A stretch of DNA of 64,000 bases, taken from an uncultured Syntrophomonadaceae bacterium. GTDB taxonomy: Bacteria > Bacillota > Dethiobacteria > DTU022. Both the position numbers and the translations under genes were made by a program. The stretch covers positions 4,808 to 68,807 of the forward strand of contig CAZPFS010000005.1 in the NCBI GenBank assembly GCA_964585925.1, written 5' to 3'. The notes under the pieces are model-generated. The model was not told the origin of the DNA. It ran no database searches and saw nothing but the letters and a program-made list of their open reading frames with translations. The first letter of the stretch is position 1. Every line of letters begins with the position of its first letter. This document shows positions 52,071 to 61,492 of the stretch, piece after piece.

Positions 52071-52886
52071 ATGGCCCCACCTGAAAAACACTCCGATCGC
52101 CCCGGTTGCCAGGTTAAAAATACCAGCCGGGTGCGATCAAATGGCAAACAAGTATGGCGCAACCTGATGCTTCGCGGGGCAAAAATATTTGCTTCATACC
52201 GGAAACTTCCCCGCTTCTTACAGATTGGAGCAATCTATTCTCTGATCGGGCTGACGGCAGCCGGAATATTTTGCTGGCAATTGTGGTTTCTCAAAGCTGC
52301 GCACCCTTATATTGCTGAAAACAGCCCCGAAACATTGGAGGATACCGAGGAGATTGATCCTTTTCAGAATATCACGGACCGTCCGGTAAAGGGAAATATT
52401 GTGTTGCCGGAAATAGAAGGTGATCCGGAAGATACAGGTTTGGTTGCCGCCGAAAACAGCCAGCCGGTTGCAACTTCTTCGGATTCGCCGGAAAAAGGCC
52501 TATGGCCGGTATCGGGAGAGTTGTTATACAGCTACCATGATCCGGTAGCCCAGGGCCTGAACCTATCCTCTGTCAAATACTGTTTTTCCAAGGGCTTGGC
52601 GATCAAGGCAAATTCCGGGACAGGGGTCCGGGCGGTCTGGGCAGGAACGGTGATCAGGATTTCAGAACGGGGTTACCCCTACGGGCAGGCTGTAACTATG
52701 CGGCATGACAATGGGCTGGTTTTATATTATGGCGCCCTGCAAGAGGTAGTGGTAGAAGAAGGAAATCATCTGCTGCAGGGAGAACAGATCGGTCTTCTTG
52801 CCGGCGGCAGCGAAGGCCCATCTTACCTGTATCTGGAGATCAGGCAAAACCAAAAAACCGTGGATCCGCGGCCTTACTTGCCATAA
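52071..52886 (+). CDS. Membrane-anchored degenerate LytM/M23-domain protein, SpoIIQ-like
   Basis: TM helix then a C-terminal M23-like fold where the HxH motif is replaced (YLYLEIR) and no HxxxD is present; lies between spoIID and spoIIID as spoIIQ does in Clostridia; start uncertain (TTG 52011, ATG 52071). Confidence 0.55.
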   Translation: MAPPEKHSDRPGCQVKNTSRVRSNGKQVWRNLMLRGAKIFASYRKLPRFLQIGAIYSLIGLTAAGIFCWQLWFLKAAHPYIAENSPETLEDTEEIDPFQNITDRPVKGNIVLPEIEGDPEDTGLVAAENSQPVATSSDSPEKGLWPVSGELLYSYHDPVAQGLNLSSVKYCFSKGLAIKANSGTGVRAVWAGTVIRISERGYPYGQAVTMRHDNGLVLYYGALQEVVVEEGNHLLQGEQIGLLAGGSEGPSYLYLEIRQNQKTVDPRPYLP

Positions 52887-52959
52887 AATATTGGAAAGAC
52901 ATTTTTTATAGAGCCCCCTCATATAATTTACCGAAGCCGGTTAAAAGGGGGCTACCTTG

Positions 52960-53223
52960 GTGCAGGACTATATAGAACAACGGGTTATAGAGACCAGCAA
53001 ATATATTCTGGCAACCAGGGCTACAGTCCGTCAGGTTGCCCGTTTTTTTGGGGTAAGCAAAAGTACGGTGCATAAAGACGTTACCGAAAGGCTGCCCCGG
53101 ATAAACCAGAATCTGGCCCGGCAGGTTAAAAAAGTGCTGGAATATAACAAATCTGAACGTCACCTCCGGGGGGGAGAGGCTACCCGCCAAAAGTTTTTGC
53201 AAAGGCGGGATAAACCGACCTAA
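52960..53223 (+). CDS. spoIIID: Stage III sporulation protein D (HTH transcriptional regulator)
   Basis: QDYIEQRVIETSKYI...GVSKSTVHKDVTERLP is highly similar to B. subtilis SpoIIID; GTG start. Confidence 0.85.
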   Translation: MQDYIEQRVIETSKYILATRATVRQVARFFGVSKSTVHKDVTERLPRINQNLARQVKKVLEYNKSERHLRGGEATRQKFLQRRDKPT

Positions 53224-53319
53224 AAAAGGATATATAAAATAAATGTAGAATCAACATTATATTACCATTTTTGGCAGTACCGGCCAAACATTTTTATCTT
53301 GACCGGAGGATGATTGGCT

Positions 53320-54342
53320 ATGGGACTTTCCACAGACATAGGAATTGACCTGGGAACATCTTACGTTCTGGTGTACATAGATGGCCGGGGCGTGGTGCTG
53401 TGTGAACCTTCCGTAGTGGCTCTGGAGCATCCCACACAGCGTTTGCTGGCGGTGGGGACGGAAGCCCAAAAAATGTTGGGGCGGACTCCCGGAAATATTA
53501 TTGCGGTGAAACCCCTCACGGCCGGGGTTATTGCGGACTTTGAAATTACAGAGGTCATGTTAAAGCATTATATTTCCTCCCTGGGGGAGCGCCGTCGGCT
53601 TTTTCGGCCCAGGATAGCCGTGTGTATTCCCGCCGGGATTACCTCTGTGGAAAAAAAAGCGGTAATCGATGCGGTAACTCAATCGGGAGCCCGGGAGACC
53701 TACCTGATTGAAGAGCCGCGGGCAGCGGCCCTGGGAGCGGATCTTGATATATTCAGTCCCTGCGGCAGTATGGTGGTGGATATCGGGGGAGGTACCACGG
53801 ATATTGCCGTGTTGTCCATGGGAGAAATAGTGGAAGGGAACAGCGTGCGCATCGGTGGGAACGATTTTGACGAGGCGATCTGCCGCTATATCAAAAAAGA
53901 ATTTAACCTGTTTATCGGCGATCGATCTGCCGAAAAAATCAAGATAGACATCGGTTCAGTGAACTGCAAGGGCCGGAATTTGCAAATGGATGTGCGGGGA
54001 AGGGATCTGATCAGCGGGCTTCCACGTTCCCAGATCATCACTACCGATCAGGTAGCCAGCGCGTTGTCCGAACCGGTTTCATCAATTCTGCAGGGAATCG
54101 TACAGGTTTTGGGGAAAACTCCTCCCGAATTGGCCGGGGATATCATGAACAAGGGGATAATTCTGTCCGGCGGAGGGAGTTTGCTGGACGGCCTTGCTAT
54201 TTATTTGAGCCGGGAAACAGGAGTACCCTTTTACCTGGCCGAAGATCCGGCCAGTTGTGTGGTAAAAGGTACCGCCAAGGTTTTCAGGTATATGTCACGA
54301 CTTTCCGGTTCCCTGGCCATTAAAGTCGCTTCTATTTTTTAA
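53320..54342 (+). CDS. mbl: Actin-like rod-shape determining protein MreB/Mbl
   Basis: DIGIDLGTSY phosphate-1 motif and actin-fold motifs (DIGGGTTD); position after spoIIID as for B. subtilis mbl. Confidence 0.85.
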   Translation: MGLSTDIGIDLGTSYVLVYIDGRGVVLCEPSVVALEHPTQRLLAVGTEAQKMLGRTPGNIIAVKPLTAGVIADFEITEVMLKHYISSLGERRRLFRPRIAVCIPAGITSVEKKAVIDAVTQSGARETYLIEEPRAAALGADLDIFSPCGSMVVDIGGGTTDIAVLSMGEIVEGNSVRIGGNDFDEAICRYIKKEFNLFIGDRSAEKIKIDIGSVNCKGRNLQMDVRGRDLISGLPRSQIITTDQVASALSEPVSSILQGIVQVLGKTPPELAGDIMNKGIILSGGGSLLDGLAIYLSRETGVPFYLAEDPASCVVKGTAKVFRYMSRLSGSLAIKVASIF

Positions 54343-54395
54343 TATTTCACAACCTGTCGCCGGTGAAGATCCCGGGATTTCCAGAGGCAAAAACG

Positions 54396-54848
54396 TTATT
54401 GGCCGAGCAGCAGGTAGCCTCCGACCGCCAGAAACAACAATCCCAATCCATCCCACCAGGACAGGGAAACCTGTTCCAATCCAAAAAGGCCAAAATGATC
54501 TATAGCCATGGCGGTAATTACCTGACCGATAATAATTGCCGTGGTGGCATTGGCCACTCCGGCTTTGGGAATGCTCAGCATAACCGAGGCTACAATAATT
54601 ACCCCCAATACCCCGCCCAGTAAAGTGTACCAGGGGGCTTTATCCAGGTTCGCCAGTCCCCCTTTGCCACCCTTGAAGATCAGGAAGGGAATGGCCACAG
54701 TGGCTGTTCCGATCAGGTGAACCATCAGGGTTGATTCCAGGGAACCAATTGCTTTCCCCAAGGAGGCATTGAGGGCCCCCTGGAAAGCCATGGTGATCCC
54801 GGCGAATGCTGCCAATAGCAGCGGCCACAGCGGGAAATTCATGGGCAA
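54396..54848 (-). CDS. DMT-superfamily small membrane transporter (DUF606/YdcZ-like)
   Basis: 150 aa, five TM helices, Gly-rich. Confidence 0.6.
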   Translation of the reverse strand: MPMNFPLWPLLLAAFAGITMAFQGALNASLGKAIGSLESTLMVHLIGTATVAIPFLIFKGGKGGLANLDKAPWYTLLGGVLGVIIVASVMLSIPKAGVANATTAIIIGQVITAMAIDHFGLFGLEQVSLSWWDGLGLLFLAVGGYLLLGQ

Positions 54849-54950
54849 ATTTGTCCCTTACAATTGATTTGCCTGTTTGGCTTTCTTTATTGTAGCATTG
54901 GGCTTGTAAAATTATACTGAAGGCATAAAAAGAAAAGTCTTGCCGGGTGG

Positions 54951-55757
54951 TTAAATATCCAGCAGGTCTTCCATCCCGTAAATCAGCCGTTTGGTTTCGG
55001 GAGCCTTGCGGATAGCCTGTAATATCCCCGGCAGGAAAGAACGGCGATTGAGCGAGTCGTGCCTGATGGTAAGTATTTGTCCTTCTCCGCCGAATATAAT
55101 CTCCTGATGGGCTACCAGTCCCGGCAGTCGGACACTGTGAATATGTATTCCGTCAAAATCCCCGCCCCTGGCTCCGGGGATTTTTTCCGGGGAATCCGGC
55201 GGATAAACGTTCTTACCGCGGACGGCGCTGATCAATCGGGCGGTCTTGATTGCCGTTCCCGAAGGAGCATCAATTTTACCATTATGATGAAGTTCGATAA
55301 TTTCAGCCTGGGGGAAAAAGCGGGCGCAGACCTGGGCCAGCTTCATCATCAGAATCGCTCCCAGGGCAAAGTTGGGCACCACTATCGCTCCGGTACCGTA
55401 CCTGGCCACCCATCTCTCGATTTGAACCAGATCATTTTCCGTGATGCCGGTAGTTCCCACTACCGGAGTGACCTGCAAACTGAGTGAGGTTTTTATGTTT
55501 TTCATAATTGCCATGGGGGTGGTAAAATCCACCAGAACTTCTGTTTCACCGCGCTGAAGCAGCTTCTGCAAACTGTCGGTTACCGTGATCCCCAATGGAT
55601 CCAGGCCGGCCAATTTGCCGGCATCTGCTCCTATCTCCATCAAATCGATCGCCCCGGTTAACTGCAGATCTTCACTCCCGGCAATAGCAGACACCACATT
55701 GCGTCCCATTTTGCCGGCAGCCCCGCTAACCGCAACCTTGATCAATTTCACTGCCAT
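54951..55757 (-). CDS. dapB: 4-hydroxy-tetrahydrodipicolinate reductase
   Basis: N-terminal Rossmann VAVSGAAGKMGR and DapB C-terminal motifs (ELHHNGKIDAPSGTA). Confidence 0.85.
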   Translation of the reverse strand: MAVKLIKVAVSGAAGKMGRNVVSAIAGSEDLQLTGAIDLMEIGADAGKLAGLDPLGITVTDSLQKLLQRGETEVLVDFTTPMAIMKNIKTSLSLQVTPVVGTTGITENDLVQIERWVARYGTGAIVVPNFALGAILMMKLAQVCARFFPQAEIIELHHNGKIDAPSGTAIKTARLISAVRGKNVYPPDSPEKIPGARGGDFDGIHIHSVRLPGLVAHQEIIFGGEGQILTIRHDSLNRRSFLPGILQAIRKAPETKRLIYGMEDLLDI

Positions 55758-56017
55758 GGCCTCCCCTTGTTTTTAGCTGGTATAGTTGTCCCGTTTCCCA
55801 GATTGATCAGCCGCGGCCTTGGCCGGCCGAATTAGTTGCTGCCAGGTGAATATTGGTATACTATTAACCTAGTTAGGATATGTTTGTATTGGGTATTATT
55901 GTAGCATATTGACGGCACGGGCTACAAGCAGTAGTTGATCAGGGCTGTTGTGCCGTCAGCGGATTCATGCGGCAGTTGAGGCCGGTCTATAATTATATAA
56001 TCCGGGAGGGTTTGTTG

Positions 56018-57013
56018 ATGATAAAAGTCGGTATAAATGGTTTTGGGCGTATCGGTCGGTTGACTATGCGTACTTCTGCAAAACGGCAGAAGTACAAAAT
56101 AGTGGCGATAAATGATCTTGTGGACAGTGTAACCTCGGCGCATTTGTTAAAATATGACTCTGTGTATGGCATATTTGGCCCCGAGGTAAAGGCGGACGAT
56201 ACCGGCTTGATTGTGGACGGAGAGAGGATCTTGGTGTTTTCTGAAAGAGATCCGTCCCGGATACCTTGGGGCGAGGAAGGGGTAAATGTGGTCATTGAGG
56301 CTACCGGCCGCTTTCGTTCCAGGGATGCCGCCGGGGCCCACCTGAAGGCGGGAGCCCAAAAAGTGATCATTACTGCACCGGGCAGTGACCTTGATTTTAC
56401 AGTGGTACTGGGCGTAAATGAGAACAACTACCAGCCCCGGGAGCACCATCTGATCTCCAACGCCTCCTGTACTACCAATGCTTTGGCGCTGGTGGTAAAG
56501 GTGCTGTATCAGAAATTTGGGCTTAAAAAAGGATTGATGAATACCACTCATGCCTATACCAACGACCAGCAGCTCCTGGATCTGGCCCATCCCGATCTGA
56601 GAAGAGCACGCGCCGCAGGGCTTTCCATGATTCCTACCTCTACCGGTGCGGCCCGGACGGTGGGGGTGGTCATTCCGGAACTGAAAGGAAAAATTGACGG
56701 GTTTGCCATTCGGGTGCCTTCGGCCTCCGTATCGCTGGTGGATTTTGTGGCTGAGCTAGGCCGGGAGACTACGGCCGATGAAATAAATCAAGCCTTTAAA
56801 CAGGCCGCCCAGGGATCGCCATTTCTGGCTTACAGCGAGGAGCCACTTGTATCCATAGATTTCAAGGGGAACTCCCATTCCTCAACCGTAGACGGCCCCT
56901 CCACCATGGTGATCGGTGGAAACCTGGCCAGGGTGATCGCCTGGTATGATAACGAGTGGGCCTACTCCTGCCGGGTGGCAGATTTGGTGGAACTGCTGGC
57001 GGACCACCTTTAA
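56018..57013 (+). CDS. gap: Type I glyceraldehyde-3-phosphate dehydrogenase
   Basis: NGFGRIGR Rossmann motif and active site ASCTTN; 331 aa. Confidence 0.9.
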   Translation: MIKVGINGFGRIGRLTMRTSAKRQKYKIVAINDLVDSVTSAHLLKYDSVYGIFGPEVKADDTGLIVDGERILVFSERDPSRIPWGEEGVNVVIEATGRFRSRDAAGAHLKAGAQKVIITAPGSDLDFTVVLGVNENNYQPREHHLISNASCTTNALALVVKVLYQKFGLKKGLMNTTHAYTNDQQLLDLAHPDLRRARAAGLSMIPTSTGAARTVGVVIPELKGKIDGFAIRVPSASVSLVDFVAELGRETTADEINQAFKQAAQGSPFLAYSEEPLVSIDFKGNSHSSTVDGPSTMVIGGNLARVIAWYDNEWAYSCRVADLVELLADHL

Positions 57014-57046
57014 AATCCGATGGAAACGGGCAAGGAGACCGTATAA

Positions 57047-57913
57047 ATGATTGACCTGAGCAAGCCCAGCGGGCTTCCCGTTTTTTGGAATCCGAGTTCG
57101 GAAAGACTTGTGTTCGGCGATGGGCTGTCAGAGGTGGAGCCTGCCATCCGGCGGCGGGAAGAAATGACCGAGGTGCTGTTCGACCCTCGGGCAGAGGGGC
57201 CAAAGGAGCTTTATTACATGTACCGGGGAGTGGCTTGCCAAGATGATCGGGAGAGTATCTGCCGACGGGGGCTGCGATATGATATAACGGTAATCAAGCC
57301 CGGTGTGCTGGGCAATGAATATGTAAAAACGGCCGGACATTACCACCCCCAAAAACCAGGCTGCTCATTTACCTATCCTGAAATATATGAAGTTCTTCAT
57401 GGGCGGGCCCACTATCTGCTTCAGCGTCCGGCTGCCGGTGAGATCGATCGGCTTGAGGCCATAGTTTTGGTTACTGCGAAACCGGGAGACAAGGTGCTGA
57501 TTCCACCTGGCTTTGGACACATTACCATCAATTCCGGAAATGAATTATTAATTATGAGCAACTGGGTTTCGCTGGAATTTACCTCCGACTATGAACCCTA
57601 CCGGCTGCTGGGGGGGGGAGGCTATTTTGAACTTCGGGGGGAAGGGGGATCGGAGCTTATACCCAACCACCGCTATCGTGGTGTACCATCGCTGCACCGC
57701 TCTCCGGCAGTTTCCTTTGCCCGGTTTAACCTGATCACCGGGTTGCCCATTTATCGTGTCTACCGGCATGATCCCGGTTCGCTGGATTATTTGGTGAACC
57801 CGGAAAATTATGAAGAAGAATTTGCCGAGTATCTGAAGTTGATTCTTCCCGGCAATGAACTGGATTCAAAAGACAGTGAAAAAGGCAAAAAGGAAGTGGA
57901 CCCTCTGAAATAA
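57047..57913 (+). CDS. Cupin-type (archaeal-type) glucose-6-phosphate isomerase
   Basis: Metal-binding cupin motif TAGHYHP...PEIYEVL plus a downstream GFGHITIN motif, resembling Pyrococcus-type cPGI; adjacent to gap. Confidence 0.6.
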   Translation: MIDLSKPSGLPVFWNPSSERLVFGDGLSEVEPAIRRREEMTEVLFDPRAEGPKELYYMYRGVACQDDRESICRRGLRYDITVIKPGVLGNEYVKTAGHYHPQKPGCSFTYPEIYEVLHGRAHYLLQRPAAGEIDRLEAIVLVTAKPGDKVLIPPGFGHITINSGNELLIMSNWVSLEFTSDYEPYRLLGGGGYFELRGEGGSELIPNHRYRGVPSLHRSPAVSFARFNLITGLPIYRVYRHDPGSLDYLVNPENYEEEFAEYLKLILPGNELDSKDSEKGKKEVDPLK

Positions 57914-58109
57914 TTCTATTTCCGTCTGTTTTAAAACCACAAACAATCTAGAGAGCCGGCCGGGTATTCCCCTTTTTCAAATGATTTACCGGCCGGTATT
58001 ATTATTTGACCGTCCTTTCAACCGAAACAGGAGCAGTGGGTGACTTGACCGGGCGGCAGTGTTATAATAATTAGCAAAACAGCAGTTCCAGCCCGGAGGA
58101 GGTTTGACT

Positions 58110-59309
58110 ATGGGTATTACCAGAACTTATGAGGAAATCAATGACAAAATAAAATCCGGCAAAGCGGTGGTGTTGACCGCCGAAGAAGTGCTTGATCTGG
58201 TTGCCGAAGAGGGGATCTCAAAGGCGGCGGCCAGGGTAGATGTGGTTACTACCGGTACCTTCGGCCCCATGTGTTCCTCCGGGGTATTCTTGAATCTGGG
58301 ACATTCCAAGCCACGGATAAAGATCGCCGAGGCATATTTGAATGGAGTCAGGGCCGGCGCGGGCCTGGCGGCGGTGGACATTTACCTGGGGGCCACCTCC
58401 CTTCCTCCCTCCGATCCCGGAAACAGCACCTATCCGGGTGAGTTCAAATATGGAGGCGGCCATGTAATTGAAGATCTGGTGTCCGGCAAGGAGGTCAGGC
58501 TGGAAGCATATTCGTACGGTACGGACTGCTATCCCCTGAAAAAAGTTGAGACCGGCTTCCGCCTGGCAGAAATCAATGAAGCAACCATGTTCAATCCCCG
58601 CAACGCTTATCAGAACTATAACGCGGCGGTAAATATTTCAGAAAAAACACTCTATACCTACATGGGTATTTTAAAGCCCAACCTGGGCAATGCCAATTAC
58701 AGCACCTCCGGACAGCTCAGTCCCCTGTTCAATGATCCGTTGCTGAAAACTACCGGCATCGGCACCCGTATTTTTTTGGGAGGCGGGGTCGGCTATGTAG
58801 TCTGGAACGGCACCCAACACAATCCCTGCGTGGAAAGAAATCCGGGCGGGGTGCCCAATTATCCGGCGGGAACTCTGGCGGTAATCGGCGATCTGAAAGG
58901 GATGAACCCGCGCTGGCTGCGCGGCCTGAGCTTTCTTGGATATGGAGCCACTTTGCAGGTGGGCCTGGGGATACCGATCCCGATCCTGAATGAAGAGATG
59001 ATGACTTACGCAGCGGTAAAGGATGAGGATATTATGACCCCGGTTACCGATTACAGCCGGGGATATCCTTATCGGGAAGGCGGCGATCTGGGGATGGTCA
59101 GCTATGCGGAACTCAACAGCGGCGCGATCACCCTTAACGGGCGTCAGGTGCCCACTGCTCCCCTGTCCAGTATTCCCGGAGCACGGGAGATCGCCTTGAC
59201 CTTGAAGAAGTGGATAGCCGGCGGGCAGTTTTTGTTGACTAAACCCGCGGCTCCTCTGCCTTCCACTGAGGCTAATATAACACTGAAGCCGCTTCCGAAG
59301 CGAGAGTAG
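58110..59309 (+). CDS. DUF39 (COG1900) homocysteine-biosynthesis enzyme, L-aspartate-semialdehyde sulfurtransferase-like, without fused CBS domains
   Basis: About 400-aa protein of the MA1821 family type, carrying VVTTGTFGPMCSSG and later conserved Cys; followed by a NIL-ferredoxin gene. Confidence 0.65.
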   Translation: MGITRTYEEINDKIKSGKAVVLTAEEVLDLVAEEGISKAAARVDVVTTGTFGPMCSSGVFLNLGHSKPRIKIAEAYLNGVRAGAGLAAVDIYLGATSLPPSDPGNSTYPGEFKYGGGHVIEDLVSGKEVRLEAYSYGTDCYPLKKVETGFRLAEINEATMFNPRNAYQNYNAAVNISEKTLYTYMGILKPNLGNANYSTSGQLSPLFNDPLLKTTGIGTRIFLGGGVGYVVWNGTQHNPCVERNPGGVPNYPAGTLAVIGDLKGMNPRWLRGLSFLGYGATLQVGLGIPIPILNEEMMTYAAVKDEDIMTPVTDYSRGYPYREGGDLGMVSYAELNSGAITLNGRQVPTAPLSSIPGAREIALTLKKWIAGGQFLLTKPAAPLPSTEANITLKPLPKRE

Positions 59310-59321
59310 GAGGAAACAGCA

Positions 59322-59741
59322 ATGATCAAGCATAAACTGGTACTCCGTTTTCCAGCCGCCCTGGTTGAGCAGCCGCTGATCTATCACCTGGTCAAGGATT
59401 ACGACCTGATGGTCAATATACTGCGGGCCGATATCAACCCTCGCAAAGAGGGGCGCCTGGTACTGGAGATCGGCGGTCAGGAAGACAATTATTATCGGGC
59501 GCTACAGTGGCTGCATGAACAGGGACTGAACATTACAAACCTCCGGCAACAAATTATTTGGAAATCTGAACGTTGCACCCAATGTGGGGCCTGTTCGGTT
59601 ATTTGCCCCACCGGGGCCTTGGCCATCAACCGCCCGTCGATGATGATCCGGTTCGATGAAGAGAAATGCGTGGCCTGCGGGCACTGTATAAAATCTTGCC
59701 CGGCCCGGGCCATGGAGATCCATCTTGATAATGCCGAATGA
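59322..59741 (+). CDS. NIL-domain plus 2x[4Fe-4S] ferredoxin protein (MA1822-like partner of DUF39)
   Basis: N-terminal NIL domain and two CxxCxxCxxxCP clusters (CTQCGACSVICP; CVACGHCIKSCP). Confidence 0.7.
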   Translation: MIKHKLVLRFPAALVEQPLIYHLVKDYDLMVNILRADINPRKEGRLVLEIGGQEDNYYRALQWLHEQGLNITNLRQQIIWKSERCTQCGACSVICPTGALAINRPSMMIRFDEEKCVACGHCIKSCPARAMEIHLDNAE

Positions 59742-60478
59742 GCACGCCGCGAAGTTATCGCCGCGTACAGTCCGGCCATAGGCTGGCTTCGTTTACGGTC
59801 AGCTTCAAAGAAACCGACCTGTTTATTGCTGTTGACAAGCAGGTGTTTTACAAATCCCTGCCGGCTGAAATTGAACGCTTGCTCTGGCGGGAGCGCCGGA
59901 AATTAGAATCATTTATTGCCCTGCACCCTGATTTCAGAACCTCTTTTGAACCCTATCTGCTGGAAGAGCCTGCCCCGGTTCTGGTTATGGATATGATCCG
60001 AGCCGGCAACCGGGCGGGAGTAGGGCCGATGGCCGCGGTGGCCGGTGCCCTGGCAGAATCCATCGGAAAGAGCTTGCTAGATATTTCACCGGAGGTAATT
60101 GTTGAAAACGGGGGAGATATATTTGCGAAAATTGTCGAACCGGTGTCGGTGGGGATATTTGCCGGAAACTCTCCTCTGAGCGGGAAGGTGGCCATTTCTG
60201 TTGATCCCGGTCAAACCCCCCTGGGAATATGCACCTCCTCGGGCACGGTAGGGCCTTCCATCAGCCTGGGCAGAGCGGACGCGGCGGTGGCCCTTGCTCC
60301 CTCAGCGGCGCTGGCTGATGCGGCGGCCACCGCTCTGGGCAATCTGGTTCAGAGCAGCGAGGATCTGCAGCCGGCGCTGGAATTTGCCCGCCGCCTGGAG
60401 GGGCTCACCGGGGCCGTGATTATTTTTGAGGATAAAATGGCGGTCTGGGGAGCGGTAAAGCTCTGTCGGGCGGGGTGA
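59738..60478 (+). CDS. UPF0280 family protein
   Basis: Gly/Ala-rich about 245-aa protein; UPF0280 proteins co-cluster with the DUF39 and NIL-Fd genes in methanogens. Confidence 0.5.
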   Translation: MSTPRSYRRVQSGHRLASFTVSFKETDLFIAVDKQVFYKSLPAEIERLLWRERRKLESFIALHPDFRTSFEPYLLEEPAPVLVMDMIRAGNRAGVGPMAAVAGALAESIGKSLLDISPEVIVENGGDIFAKIVEPVSVGIFAGNSPLSGKVAISVDPGQTPLGICTSSGTVGPSISLGRADAAVALAPSAALADAAATALGNLVQSSEDLQPALEFARRLEGLTGAVIIFEDKMAVWGAVKLCRAG

Positions 60479-60566
60479 TTGGGCGGGCGCGAAGAGCCGT
60501 AACTCCGCCCCAAAACCTGCTCTTCTGCTTGATCTTATTCTCCGAACTGGGCTATAATTAAAGCAG

Positions 60567-60642
60567 GCTGAAGTAGCTCAGCTGGCAGAGCAGCTGATTC
60601 GTAATCAGCAGGTCAGGGGTTCAAATCCCCTCTTCAGCTCCA
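60567..60642 (+). tRNA. tRNA-Thr (anticodon CGU)
   Basis: Manual cloverleaf: acceptor gctgaag/cttcagc, D-arm gctc-agctggca-gagc, anticodon stem gctga/tcagc with loop ttCGTaa, T-arm agggg-ttcaaat-cccct, 3' tCCA; upstream TATAAT at 60554-60559. Confidence 0.85.
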
Positions 60643-60738
60643 TCTATAAATATTTATGGGCCTGGTAATTTTTACCCGGCCCGTTTTGTGTACAAATCCT
60701 GTTCAATTTTTATTTCGGTTCCGTGTTCCTGGCAAATT

Positions 60739-61206
60739 CTATCGTTCAATTTTTGCCAGGCTTTTTACCAGATCAGCACGGGTAACTATACCCACAAGCT
60801 TTCGGTCCGAATTCAGGATGGGGATGCGGTTGATTTTATGCTGGCTCATCAATTTGGCCAGATCAATGATCTTCGTGTCTTCGGCGGCTGTATACACCTT
60901 TTTTTTCATCAATCGGCTTACTTCAGTTTTGGCCAGCAGATCAATCCCCCTGCGCAAGGAGGCCATATCGATTATATTGGTATGGGGGGAAACCCATCCC
61001 GAAAGATCCATCAGGGGAACTACACTGATCTGATGAGAATAACGGATAATATCAATGTTGGAAATAATTCCGGCCAGCGCGTGGGATTCATCGGTTACCG
61101 GCAACCCGCTGATGTTGTGCCGGGACATTAACTCAATCGCTTCCTGAAGAGTTTGTCGCTCATTTATATTTACCACTTCGGTGCTCATGATATCTCGGGC
61201 CGTCAT
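60739..61206 (-). CDS. CBS-pair domain protein
   Basis: Two CBS motifs (TARDIMSTEVVNI...ISGLPV; ...INRIPILNSDRKLVGIVTRADL). Confidence 0.7.
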   Translation of the reverse strand: MTARDIMSTEVVNINERQTLQEAIELMSRHNISGLPVTDESHALAGIISNIDIIRYSHQISVVPLMDLSGWVSPHTNIIDMASLRRGIDLLAKTEVSRLMKKKVYTAAEDTKIIDLAKLMSQHKINRIPILNSDRKLVGIVTRADLVKSLAKIER

Positions 61207-61492
61207 TGTCAAATTGATCGCCTCACCCCATATAAATAATTGATATATAACATATTTATTCTTTATTCTATAATACACGATAGGTTCCTGCTATCGGCAT
61301 TTATTTTGTGTATGGCGAGGGATGCAGTTTAGGATTCATAAATACAGAAATGATAAAATACGGGGTAAAGAGGATTTATTATATATTTATCGAATTTTTT
61401 GTTATCGGGGAAATAATATACCATTGGTGAGAGATTATCTTCACAGTATTTGCAGGAGTTTCCCTCACCAAATTATGAAAGGAGGTGTGCAG

